64,000 nt of DNA from Paramoeba atlantica (taxonomy: Eukaryota; Protista; Discosea): positions 1-64,000 of the forward strand of contig CDRNVI010000030.1 of assembly GCA_977017575.1 (NCBI GenBank), read 5' to 3'. The stretch's first letter is position 1. Each line of letters starts with the position of its first letter. Positions 1 through 10,467 of the stretch are shown here, piece after piece. Made by a program: the position numbers and the translations under genes. The notes under the pieces were generated by a model. The model saw nothing but the letters and a program-made list of their open reading frames with translations. It had not been told where the DNA came from and did no database searches.

Positions 1-867
1 AAAACAGGTCGCCCTCGCAAGCTTACAGAGACATGCTCCAATCGCGTCCGCCGCCTCATCACCAGCGGTGCAACTAAGGATGCAGTCGCGACCAGTAAAA
101 GGTTGAGAGATGAGGGGGTTGCAGATGTTTCGCCCCAAACCATTCGGGTTTCCCTTCGGAAGCGTGGTTTGAAGGGGAAGAAGAAATTACGGAAACCCCA
201 CCTTACGAAGCGTCACAAAGCTCTACGTCTTGCCTTTGCAAAGAAGTATGAGCATTGGACGAACGCCGACTGGAGCCATGTGCTTTTCACTGATGAAAGT
301 AAGATCTGCCGTTTCGAGTCGAATGGCAGCCGGTGGGCGTGGGTGAGCTTTGGGGAAGCACTTTCAGAGCGAAATACACACAGCACCGTGAAGTACGGTG
401 GGGGATCCATCATGGTATGGGGGTGTATGATGGCTCACGGCGTGGGCTCCATTGCTCTGGTTCATGGCAACATGAATGCTGAACAGTACGTTCAAATACT
501 TCAACAGAATTTGTCTCCTTCCCTCCACAAGTTGGAAGTCATGAAGGACCGGATCATCTTCCAACAAGATAATGATCCAAAGCACACGAGTAAGAAGGCC
601 CGGGAATTCCTTCGTTTACAAGAATTGTGTGTCCTAGACTGGCCCCCGCAGTCTCCCGATTTAAATCCCATAGAGCACCTATGGGGCGAGCTCAAAAAGT
701 CGACTGCGGATCATCCAGATCCTCCCGTAGGAATGTTGGAACTTTGGGAACGCGCCCAAAAAGCGTGGGCAGGCCTTCCTCCGAGTGCATGTCTTCCTCT
801 TGTCCGCAGCATGCCCCGTCGTTTAAGGGCAGTAATTAGGGCGAAGGGGGGACTTACGAAGTATTAA
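1..867 (+). CDS. Tc1/mariner-superfamily DD34E transposase, 5' end outside window
   Basis: Frame open from base 1 (KTGRPRKL linker). Motifs: WSHVLFTDESK (D1), GGGSIMVWGCM, FQQDNDPKH (D2), WPPQSPDLNPIEHLW (E); 34 residues between D2 and E. Ends AKGGLTKY-stop. Confidence 0.93.
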   Translation, partial: KTGRPRKLTETCSNRVRRLITSGATKDAVATSKRLRDEGVADVSPQTIRVSLRKRGLKGKKKLRKPHLTKRHKALRLAFAKKYEHWTNADWSHVLFTDESKICRFESNGSRWAWVSFGEALSERNTHSTVKYGGGSIMVWGCMMAHGVGSIALVHGNMNAEQYVQILQQNLSPSLHKLEVMKDRIIFQQDNDPKHTSKKAREFLRLQELCVLDWPPQSPDLNPIEHLWGELKKSTADHPDPPVGMLELWERAQKAWAGLPPSACLPLVRSMPRRLRAVIRAKGGLTKY

Positions 868-1057
868 GTTTTGGTCATTTTGGTTTGGTAAGGGTGAAGT
901 AAGGCAAAGTTTTGGTCAAAAAAAAATAATCTCAAAAAAGTGAAAAAAGTGTTCAAGTGTTGGGATCGCATTATATCTTTCATAGTTTTTTATTGTAAGA
1001 TCGTTGATGAAGTCTAAGTACGTGGGAATGTAAGCACTACTCCAGCCTACACTACTG
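1..1057 (+). mobile_element. Tc1-like element, right part with right TIR
   Basis: Transposase followed by CACTACTCCAGCCTACACTACTG|TA (ends 1057, TA at 1058-1059), i.e. a CAGT-starting Tc1-type terminus in reverse complement. Left end not in window. Confidence 0.65.
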
Positions 1058-1302
1058 TAATATACTACTGCATTATCCTCTGCATCTCTTTTGTAAAATA
1101 TAAAAACATTAAAATTTGTGAAAACATTTGAACACTTTTGTTAGTTACTGTACAATGTACACATACAAATCCCATGTAAACATACACATACATGCATAAA
1201 TTATACACGAACATGTATAAATCGTACTTATAATATACAAGTACGTATACAATGTACGAATACGTATAATGTACAAGCACAATACACACGGGTACATGCC
1301 TA

Positions 1303-1995
1303 TTACTTCTTCTTATACCTGCTGTACCCACAATGGCGAGTACTCCTTGGCACATGCGGCTTGATATGAACACATGCCGGAACAAAGTCAGGTATGACGA
1401 AATTGTTGTGAAGTAGTCTGGCCCACGTCAGAAACTCCGGAAGCTTTGTGAGATCAGGTTCTCCACGCAGAGTATTGTACGCAAGGTCGAGAATTCTCAA
1501 ACCGTCGGGGAGATGTGTAAGGTCAACTTCACCTTCAAATAGATTGAAATTCAAAACCAGTTTTTCCAGAGTAGATGGCAAATGCGTTAAATCCAACCCT
1601 CCATTGAATCGATTCGTACCAATATCAAAGTTTTTTAATCCCGCGGGTAGTACCGACAAGTCTACGTGCCCCTCCAAAAACGCTTGATTTGAAGCAGAAA
1701 AAGAGAGCAGCGTATTGGGGAGAAAATCCCATCGCAGTACACCTTTTATGCGGACATTTTCCTCTTCCTTCGCATACCGACTTGTGTCTTTGCGCCAATT
1801 GAGGTTTGTGACCTGTCCCTCGGGGTTGCACTGTACTAACTTCCACTCACACGCAGGCGTCTTCACGCTCCATGATTCCTCTTCAAAACTGGCATTACTC
1901 AGTAGTCGAAACAGATTATATTCTTGGGGCAGGACCGCGTTTCGCACCTTACTCGGTCGAGATGGGACATCAGCAGCTTGTACAGAACTCTTCAT
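1303..1995 (-). CDS. LRR protein 1 (230 aa), subfamily A
   Basis: RPSKVRNAVLPQEY motif, SWxxxTPACEW cap, 23-aa LDLTHLP repeats; close paralog of 7005..7706. Confidence 0.9.
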   Translation of the reverse strand: MKSSVQAADVPSRPSKVRNAVLPQEYNLFRLLSNASFEEESWSVKTPACEWKLVQCNPEGQVTNLNWRKDTSRYAKEEENVRIKGVLRWDFLPNTLLSFSASNQAFLEGHVDLSVLPAGLKNFDIGTNRFNGGLDLTHLPSTLEKLVLNFNLFEGEVDLTHLPDGLRILDLAYNTLRGEPDLTKLPEFLTWARLLHNNFVIPDFVPACVHIKPHVPRSTRHCGYSRYKKK

Positions 1996-2267
1996 TGTCG
2001 TGAAGGACTAGAATTTCTTTAAAATCCATATTAGACCATTGTTCGGGTTCATATATTCATATTTCGGTGGAATCTCCCCCTTTTTCCCCCCTTTGTTTTC
2101 CAAAAAAATATACTTCAAATGTTTTTTTGGAGTTGAGCGATTTTACAAACCTTCTAAATTGGTATTGGCGAAAGAAAAGGCATTGACTTATGCACATAAA
2201 AAAACTTAGCTTTTTGGAAAACGAAATCCTGCAATTTTCACAATTTTTGTGTTTTTTGCCCTTATTC

Positions 2268-3505
2268 ATGCCACAACGACGGGATTTTGGACGATCTCCG
2301 GAACATAAGCACTCCGAAAGGGCTTATTCTTCGCCTGGGCACATAAAAGCAAGCTGGCGCATGCTTCTTGTTGCCGATTACGAAGCAACACAGTCTTTTT
2401 CCCTAACCGCGCGCAATTTTCAAGTTCATGGAGCTACTGTGAACTGTAACTAAAGCGCTATCTTGATACTGGAGAAGTAAACTCCAAGAACGAGAAACAC
2501 GCCCCAACGAACATCGCTGTGACACCTGAACTACGTGAGGCTGCTTTGAAAGCGATAGACGAAGGTGTTCGAGATCAACCCTATGGCATCAGGAGCTGGA
2601 GTGAGCTCCACCGGTTAATGGAAAATCTTGGGTTCACTTGCTCTCGTCAAACTTTGACGACCCACATGAAATCATATGGCATCGTCTTGCGCACAGTCCG
2701 GAAATCCCCTGCACTTACCTCAGTGCATAAAGAGAAACGAGTACGTTTCTGTGAAGAAATGCTAACGTGGAGTGACGCGGAACTGTCCAATATCATTTGG
2801 ATGGATGAAAAAAAATTTACCTGTGGGAAGAGTGGGGGGCACATCACGTACCTCTGCCGCAAAACTGACGCTCCCAAGGAGCAGCAAGGTGAATTGGATG
2901 CATGGCATGGGGGGAATGGTGTTATGGTTTGGATGGCAGCGAGCCTTAAGCATGGGTTTCACCTTCACGTTTTTCCTTCTGTTCGTTCTCAAGGAAACCG
3001 AGGTACAGTGACGGGGGCTATTTTTGATGAAGCCATGAAGAAGCGTGGAGGGTTAATTTCTTACCTTAAGCGGCACCGTTCTAGCGTTATTGCAATGGAT
3101 AACTGTACGGTGCACAATCTGGCCAGGACAAGCTTTCAAGAGACAGGAATTACTGTTCTTCCTTGGCCAGCAAAATCACCTGATCTCATGCCCGTTGAAA
3201 ATTTATGGTCCATAATGGACAATTTCAAAAATGGCTTGGCCCCTAGAAATCGTACAGATTTGATCATTGCGATCGAAGCAGCGTTTCAAGATATTCAAAC
3301 GACACATTCTATAGCCTTTGAAAACGCTATGAAGAGCTTTCGTAAGAGATGCCGTATTGTGATTGAAAAGAACGGCGGAAACTGCAATTATTATTATTTT
3401 TTCTATTTTTTCCCGTGCTTTAGAAAGTTGCGAATCGCATTTGGGGTCCCTTTGTCGAGGGGGCAATACCCCCTTGTGCCTATCGCGACCATGTTGCGTT
3501 CATGA
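2268..3505 (+). pseudogene. IS630/Tc1-like transposase with DD32E spacing; one frameshift (~2448) and apparent stop-codon loss
   Basis: HTH-like N-terminus (ARNFQVHGATV..KRYLDTGEV) split across two frames; WMDEKKF (D1), GGNGVMVW, AMDNCTVH (D2), WPAKSPDLMPVEN (E). The natural end GGNCNY runs on into AT-rich 3' sequence. Confidence 0.85.
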
Positions 3506-3514
3506 GCCCTGTTC

Positions 3515-3601
3515 GAGAGCTCTCGAATGCGCTATTATTTTCCACAATTGGCCAAATTTTACGAATTTTAGACCCCCACCACATACAAATTTACACCCCT
3601 G
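3515..3601. repeat. Right TIR/subterminal region of the CAGGGG-terminus Tc1-like family
   Basis: GAGAGCTCTCGAATGCGCTATT...TTTTAGACCCCC...ACACCCCTG|TA matches 11015-11100; related ends at 6700-6753 and (inverted) 10468 and 42719. Confidence 0.75.
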
Positions 3602-3724
3602 TATAAGAAGGAATACGGTGATAAACCTCGCGTCACCAATAAGTTACAAACATACTTTTCTATCACACACGAATTTATGCCACATCTGTTTTCATTCATC
3701 AATATCATAAACGTTTCGTTATAC

Positions 3725-4549
3725 TCACTTTGTACCGAATTTAATGTTTGTATTCCAGAATTCAATAGGCTGTAAAAGCTTAGGAAGAACTGACTTGTCA
3801 ATTTCGCCATAAAGTTCCGCGTTGTGGTGCAGAGAGAGATGTACCAAGCTTGGAGGAAGACGGTCAAACTTCACTAAACCAGAGAAAGAGTTGCCATGCG
3901 CGCTAAAGGTAGAAAGCGATGGAGGTAAATGTTGCAGCGAGAGCGGTCCTGTAAATCTGTTCTTCGACAATTGCAAGTATTCTAATTTTTTTGGCAAATG
4001 AGAAAGTTCGACGGCACCAGAAAGTTTATTCCCTCGAAGATTTAAGTATTGTAATCCAGAACACAGATTCGTGAGATCAACATTTCCTTCAAATTGGTTG
4101 TCACTCAACCAAAGGGAACGCAATCTGTTCGGTAACTGAGTCAAGTTTAACTCACCGATAAAAGTGTTCACGGCCAATCTTAAGTATCTAAGCTGTGATG
4201 GCAACGTGTGAAGTTGAAGCGATCCTCCCAGTCTGTTATTGAGAAGGTCACAATAAGACAACGTACACGGCAAAAAATTCCCCTGCAAGGTGCCCAATAG
4301 ATTCATTGAATCCCATATAATATGAGTCACGTGTTGATGCTCATCACATGTCACGCCTTTCCAATTGCATGCGGATAGACGTTTGACACGTCCAAACATA
4401 TTCTTCTTCGTCGTACGCCAGGATTTATGTTTTCCAGTTAAGTTTGAAATAAAACGTTCCAGCATACCCTCTTGGGGCAGTAGCAGAGAGGTAACTTTGC
4501 CTCGACGTAAATCGTCGGATCCGTCATCGATGCAGTAGTTGCCGTACAT
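3725..4549 (-). CDS. LRR protein 2 (274 aa), subfamily B (basic insert)
   Basis: IDDGSD..RGKVTSLLLPQE, SWRTTKKNMFGRVKRLSACNWKGVTCD cap, 23-aa repeats. Confidence 0.9.
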   Translation of the reverse strand: MYGNYCIDDGSDDLRRGKVTSLLLPQEGMLERFISNLTGKHKSWRTTKKNMFGRVKRLSACNWKGVTCDEHQHVTHIIWDSMNLLGTLQGNFLPCTLSYCDLLNNRLGGSLQLHTLPSQLRYLRLAVNTFIGELNLTQLPNRLRSLWLSDNQFEGNVDLTNLCSGLQYLNLRGNKLSGAVELSHLPKKLEYLQLSKNRFTGPLSLQHLPPSLSTFSAHGNSFSGLVKFDRLPPSLVHLSLHHNAELYGEIDKSVLPKLLQPIEFWNTNIKFGTK

Positions 4550-4595
4550 TATGTGAACGTATCAAAATAATCAATCGAGACAAGCTGAGATGTAT

Positions 4596-5000
4596 GGAGA
4601 ACAAAGGTGATGGTGTTATGGGGGGCTATCGACACTGACGGTCGGGTAATCTTTTCTACAGTCATGAGAATACACTTCGCACGGTCTTTAATGAAATTAG
4701 TGAAATGCCACCGCCAAACAAACAATTTGGTTCCCTATACTATAGAAAACAAGTCCTGGAAGCACACTGGACTTCGTTCGATGAGAAGAAAATGCGTCTT
4801 AGAAAAAACTTCTGCATCACAAAACATTGCTCTCTGTATGGGACTATTCATTTTGTCAGTTGCATCGAAGAAAAGGCTGACGCATGGGTGTTTCAGATGA
4901 GCGGAAGAAGCAAAGCGCGCATCCAGCATTAATTTATAGGAAGTTTATTCTGCCTTGCACCAAAATGGGTCCCAGGAATTGAATTTTGTATCCACTGTCA
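4596..5000 (+). pseudogene. Degenerate Tc1/IS630-like transposase fragment
   Basis: KVMVLWGAI motif, then AWVFQ in another frame (D2 region); fragmented by frameshifts. Confidence 0.45.
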
Positions 5001-5758
5001 TGGAAGGCATAGGTGCTAGTACACCAGAAGCAGATAAGGTGCAGAACGTCTACAAGAAGGAAGCTATGAAGATCCATTGATCAATGGGTGCGTACTACTC
5101 TCGGTTGCTGTAATACTGCAGGCGCGAAAGCGGGAGTTAGATGAGGGAGAAAAGCATGTGAAACCAACCAAGACCAAAGAAAAAGAAAAGAAACACCCCC
5201 CACTTTAGGGTCCCATTAGGACGTATTCAACCCCAGTTCTTTCCAAGCTTTTTATGATATGTGTGGGTCTACAGAATGAAAAGTTTTTGAACAGCAAAGG
5301 ACGCGTCATACGCAACCGAATTTATTTTGCCCTCACACAAGAAACTGATTGTGAACTTCTGAAGGAAGTTGTGCAAGGAGGCGAAGGTCCCCTGAATCCC
5401 AAGTGGATGGAAGGGGCGCTCAAAAACGTGGTCTGGGACCACCTATGCAAGGTTGCATCAGCAATAATGACGCCGTTGGCTAAGAACCATGGCGCAGACC
5501 TTCCTTCTTCCTTCTTCCACACATTGCCTAACGAATGATGTCCTGATTAAAAATGCCTACCGAAGAGTACAATAAGTTAGACGTCATCCGGTGTTCGCTG
5601 CAAACACGTTTAATATCCTAATTCCTGCAGTGATAGAATCTATTTTCGGAATCTCACTCGCCAATAAAAGCCAATAAGAGAAAAATTAGCCCAAATCAGT
5701 CTCTGCTACGCGAAGGACTATTGTAATTTTGAGAATAGTTCCAGGCCTTTTCGATGTA

Positions 5759-6073
5759 AACCATGTTCCAGGATAATATACCTAGTAGGTATACTAAGTG
5801 GGTACGGTATACTAAATTTTGTCTAAAAAGCAAAAAAAGAGTTTTGCGCCGCTTCGCGGCGCGTTTCTTATCTACCATTGCTAGAAAATATAGTGTTTTG
5901 GCCTTAAAAAATACGATTGCTAGAAAAGTTGCTCTGTCGCATCTAAAAAAGGGACTTCTCCCGCTCCTGTTGCTGGGAGGGGGGGGGAGGTATACTAAGT
6001 GGCCTTGGGACACTTAGTATACTTACTAGGTTTACTAAGTGGGCATGTGTATACACTATCCTGGAACATGGTT
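5759..6073. mobile_element. MITE with perfect 17-bp TIR and TA duplication
   Basis: TA|AACCATGTTCCAGGATA ... TATCCTGGAACATGGTT|TA; internal TATACTAAGTGG repeats and a GCGCCGCTTCGCGGCGC hairpin. Confidence 0.8.
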
Positions 6074-6231
6074 TAGTTGAAACACAAGGAAGAAGTACAT
6101 TACGAAAATTTGCATACACATTTTTTTTTGCATACACATTCCAGTGGCAGAATGTACTTCTCATTCATGTGCAGAGAGTGCAAAGAGATTGCAAAGAGAA
6201 TCATTTTTGGAAAATACGTGAATATTATTTA

Positions 6232-6355
6232 GAGGGCTGAAACTAGTAAAATGCAAACTCAGGCAAACCCAGTCAGGTCCCAAGAGAAACCAATAGCAAA
6301 GGTACTTGGCGTTTTTTCGGCTATGGATTTCGCTGGAGAATCCGGGTGGGGGTTT
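6232..6355. repeat. Left arm of a hAT-like non-autonomous family (TAGAGGGCTGAAAC terminus)
   Basis: ~120 bp closely similar to 8125-8240; inverted terminus TGGTTTCAGCCCTCTA at ~9143-9158; GCAAACCCAG subterminal repeats. Confidence 0.55.
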
Positions 6356-7004
6356 GTTGCCGGGAATAACGGACATTCTCCCCCTTTTTGAAAAAGCAGC
6401 CATCCTACCAAGTAGTAGAAACGCGGAAGCGGATGTCGAATACATAGCTCTTGCGCTGAACGCCAGGGACTTCGAGTCCTCTTACATCCCAGGTGCCGTA
6501 ATGATTTCGCTCCGAGACGATCCGGCTGCCCTTCTGCCTCCCCACCAACCAACAACGAACAGTTCCACCATAAGAAAGAGGTCTTTAAAGCTGTTCTGAG
6601 TACAATGTTTCCTTTTGAGTTTTTCAAAATGTTCCTCAGGGATGTTATTGAACATCTGAATACACTCAAAATACGCCAAATTGCGTTATTATTCTACAAA
6701 ATTGAGAAAATTTTACAATTTTTAAACCCCCCAGATGAAAGTTTTCACCCCTGTATCACCATACGAAGCACGAAAAAGGATTTCATAAAAATTTAAAAAA
6801 AGTACACTATTCGTTCAATCCCACTTTTTATTCAAAGTTTTATTTCACACACCCTTCCGTTTAAAACATACATTGCAAATCCTCCATTTGGCCTTCAAAC
6901 AATATTTACAACTACTAGAAAATATTTACAAGTACTAGAAAAAGAAATAACTTTCTGCCTTAGTCTTCTTAATACAAGTAGAGTACACGTACAGCTAGAA
7001 TACA

Positions 7005-7706
7005 TCATTTATGGTTATATCGTACTTTGTACGGATTGAATCCACAGGGTCGTCTTCTACTCACATACGGCTTGATGTGTACACCTTCCGGAATAAAGTC
7101 AGGTATGACGAAATTGTTGACAAGGAGCCTGGCCCACATTAGCGCCTTCGGAAGCTTTGTGAGATCAGGTTTTCCGCACAGACTATTATGACACAGGTCG
7201 AGATTTTTCAAAGTATCGGGGAGGCGTGTAAGATCAACTTCACCTTCAAAACGATTCCATCCCAAACGCAAATCTTTCAGAGTAGACGGCAAATGCGTTA
7301 AATCCAAGCTTCCGCTAAACTGATTGCTACCAATGTCAAACTTTTTCAATCTTGCCGGTAGTACCGCCAAGTCTACGTGCCCCTCCAAAACCTCCTGCAA
7401 GGAAACATCGAAGGAGATCAGAGTGTCGGGTAGGAAATTCCATCGCAGTGAACCTTGTAGAGAGACTCTCTCCTCTTTGTCTCCATATGCGCTTTCGTAT
7501 TTGCGCCATTGTATCTTTGTCACCTCTCCCTCATCGTTACACTCCACATGCTTCCACACACAAGCGGGCGTTTTCTCGGTCCATGACTCCTCAGCGAAAC
7601 TGGCGTTACTCAGTAGTCGAAACATATTGTATTCTTGTGGGAGAACCGCGTTTCGAACCTTACTGGGTCGAGAGGGGACATCGGCCACGCGTACGGCACG
7701 TTGCAT
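7005..7706 (-). CDS. LRR protein 3 (233 aa), subfamily A
   Basis: ADVPSRPSKVRNAVLPQEY, TPACVWKHVECN, 23-aa repeats, C-terminal tail shared with LRR1. Confidence 0.9.
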   Translation of the reverse strand: MQRAVRVADVPSRPSKVRNAVLPQEYNMFRLLSNASFAEESWTEKTPACVWKHVECNDEGEVTKIQWRKYESAYGDKEERVSLQGSLRWNFLPDTLISFDVSLQEVLEGHVDLAVLPARLKKFDIGSNQFSGSLDLTHLPSTLKDLRLGWNRFEGEVDLTRLPDTLKNLDLCHNSLCGKPDLTKLPKALMWARLLVNNFVIPDFIPEGVHIKPYVSRRRPCGFNPYKVRYNHK

Positions 7707-8320
7707 TGTGTTGAAGTACGAGTGTTAGTTCAAAGTACTACTCTCTAAATGTAAATGAAATGGACGATTCCAATTCCTTTCTTTTTAATTCCAAAAAATG
7801 GAGTAAAACTAGTGCTGTGATGGGAGGTGGTCGCTTAATCTGCCGTATTCTGCCTGTCAGGGGGGATTCCACGTCAAAAACACTGCACCGCGTGGTGGTT
7901 ATGTTACGTTATACTTGGAATATGTAGTGTCCCCTTCAAGGTACCCTTTATCTTTATTCCCTTGAAATACACGCGCCGCGAAGCGGCCCGAATTTTAGTT
8001 TTCTTTTAGTAAAATTCAACAAATTTCGTAATTCTACGTGAGTTACCGTTATCCCCCCTACTTAGCCCCCATTTTTTGATCCAAAACCCGTACTTTTTGG
8101 TGAAGTAAGGGGAGTGGTGAAGTAAGAGGGCTGAAACCAGTAAAATGCAAACCCAGTCAGGTCCCAAGAGAGACCAATGGCAATGGTACTTGGAGTTTTT
8201 TCGGCTATGGAGTTCGCTGGAGGATCCGGGTGGGGGTTCCAGGGGGTGGAAGTCGGGTCTAGGGGGTGCAGTCGGGTACAGGGGGTGCAGGAAGTGTGTA
8301 GGGAGCGAGTACGGAGACTA

Positions 8321-8616
8321 CCGTAGAGCCCCCTAGTAATAGACCCCCCCAGTAAAAGGGATTCGACCCTTTTTCGGCTGACCCCCAGTAACAAAGATTT
8401 GGCTCGGGAGGGTCGTTGCAGGAGGGAGGGGGTGTTTGGGCGGGGTGAGGGCGGTTGCGAGGGAGCGAATGGCGTGGTTGCGGGGTTGGATGTGCTGAAA
8501 GTCAACGAACTCATGAATAAAAAAGGTCCTTTCTCACCCAAAAAGCATACCCCCCCAGTAACAAGGATTCGGCCATTTTGGCCCAAAATCGATTCTATTA
8601 CTGGGGGGGTCTACGG
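8321..8616. mobile_element. ~300-bp CCGTA-terminus MITE, copy 1
   Basis: TA|CCGTAGAGCCCCC ... GGGGGTCTACGG|TA with internal CCCCCAGTAA repeats; same family at 12224, 29396 and a partial copy at 19645. Confidence 0.85.
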
Positions 8617-8735
8617 TAGTTCGGGGTCCATGTAGGGGGTTCGACAATAGGGTAATAGTGTTCTACATGTACGCTTAAAGAAATGTTCGAATCATACGAA
8701 ATTAGCATTACTTTCAGTATCAACTACTAATATTA

Positions 8736-8825
8736 CTGTGATCCCCCCTTTATACTTCGCCCATTTTGAACAGTAACGAAGTATAAAGTGGGGGTTTGAT
8801 GTTTTTCCGCTGTAAAAGGTCACAG
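8736..8825. mobile_element. 90-bp TA-flanked mini-MITE
   Basis: TA|CTGTGA..TTTATACTTCG ... CGAAGTATAAAG..GGTCACAG|TA. Confidence 0.55.
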
Positions 8826-8827
8826 TA

Positions 8828-8996
8828 ATATTATTCATGATCTTTTGGCGATTCTTCTTTTTTAGGCTCTTCGTTAAATGCGGTGGTTGTTTTCAACTTA
8901 GAAGTCACTCATGCTGCGCGCTTCGTGTTTAAAACTGCCTTCGCGTTTAACGAAAAGCCTAAAAAAGAAAAACCGCCAAAAGATCATGAATAATAT
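8828..8996. mobile_element. Foldback element with 95-bp core (8865-8959), copy 1
   Basis: Core GGCTCTTCGTTAAA..GCGGTGGTTGTTTT / AAAACT..CGCGTTTAACGAAAAGCC; inverted arms extend through AATATTATTCATGATCTTTTGGCG. Confidence 0.75.
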
Positions 8997-10169
8997 TTTT
9001 TTTTGGGTGAATCTAAGAAAAATAAGTTATTGTGCGAAAAGAGCATTAAAGAATATACTGTGCTTTTCGCCAAGGAAGAAAATGAGTTGCCTAATACAAT
9101 ATTGAAAATTAGCAAACCCAGGCAAACCTAGGCAAACCCAGGTGGTTTCAGCCCTCTAAGGGGGGTGAATAAGTGATTCAAAGTTCGATCAATTTATGGT
9201 TCTCTCGGAAATCCGCAAATTATTGAAGTACACTATGCTATCGACATTGAGCATATTTTCCTTTTCTTGAGTGTTGTAATACCTCGTGTTGCATTCTATC
9301 TTTTATGTTTCTTTTAACTTGTCTACGATGTCCCATGCGTTTTGAACCTTCTCCCCATGAAAATTTCCTACATCGTAAAATTCAAATGATATCGCAGAAC
9401 ATAACCTATTGAACACCAATTTAAGAACTACAAGACGCTGTGGCGCAACTTTATGATCAAAGCGATGATGAAACTCACATAGAAGAAAATCGTTCTGAAT
9501 TAGAAATCGTTCAACAAATCTAAATCATTCCGGGTTACTCCGATCGGTCACTGGCAGGCCAGACTCTTCACATGTACATGTAGATTTGGAAGTTTCGAGG
9601 CCGAAGTCCTCTACCGATTTCGTTAGTACAAGGCGGCAACAACGTGCTGCTACCAACCCGTTGCGTCGATGAACCCAAGACAATCTTCAAAAGTTATTAT
9701 TCCTGCAGCAAAGTAGCATTAGCAGTTCCTGTAGCCGTTAACATCCCCCCTCGGAACGTTAAACCGGACTGTGGTTTAAAATCCCGGTATGACAGCGTCG
9801 TCTTCACCAAAAAAGTTGCACCAAGAACCTTTGTGCATCGATCTTTGTGCGCCATCTGTGTCCCTCCTTTGAAGACCACTGGGCGTGGGCTCTGCCTCGC
9901 CTTACCCCGATGTAACGGTCGGTTGCAGTGCACCCTTCCGGCTGTGTAAAGAGGTGGTAAGTTGCCTGGGGAAAAATCTGACATCCCCCTTACTTCACCA
10001 CACGTCCAGTGACTAACTGTGGTGAAGTAAGGGGGGAGGCGAAGTAAGGGGGGTAACTGTATTACGTTAATTAATGCTACTAGGTAGTACGTTAATTAAA
10101 AAAACGTACATTAAATTGCGTTAAAAAGTGTGTCACCGGTTTGTAACTATAATTCGGGCACTAGTTTCC

Positions 10170-10337
10170 TTAGGCGACTGTTCACAAACACAGACATATT
10201 TCCTACACGCCGATGTGCGAAATTATTATTATCAAATTCCCGTATCTGCAGCACTTGGTAACGCGTGCTGCGTACGAATAGGGAGCCGGGTTTTACGGCC
10301 TCGGGTCTTACCCATGGGCTTCAAACTTGCGTGTGGA
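10170..10337 (+). pseudogene. Reverse transcriptase fragment, DIRS/VIPER/TATE-like
   Basis: FLHADVRNYYYQIPV ... RVLRPRVLPMGF corresponds to RT motif A (D..YYQIP) and motif B' (LPMG). Confidence 0.6.
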
Positions 10338-10467
10338 ATAGAAGTCATTAATCTGGGGTATTGTTCTTCATACAGAACCCGGCGATGAAGTAAATCTTAT
10401 TAGATCCTGTCACCGAATTTCTAGAATCAGACATACAAGTAGATATACTCACACATAGACATACATA

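Larger units (their letters stand above)
8046..10059. mobile_element. TA-flanked non-autonomous element hosting nested insertions
   Basis: Left TA|CCGTTATCCCCCCTACTT, right AAGTAAGGGGGGTAACTG|TA; GGTGAAGTAAGGGG subterminal repeats at both ends. Confidence 0.6.

Noticed and set aside
1160-1300. TACA/TATG-rich low-complexity tracts (also 16070-16145 and 30600-30700) producing hydrophobic ORFs
   Set aside because: Simple-sequence DNA; the ORFs are compositional artefacts.
8062-8586. Pro/Gly-rich ORFs of 130-170 aa at 8062, 12100, 12188 and 29301
   Set aside because: Translations of the G/C-run CCGTA MITE.
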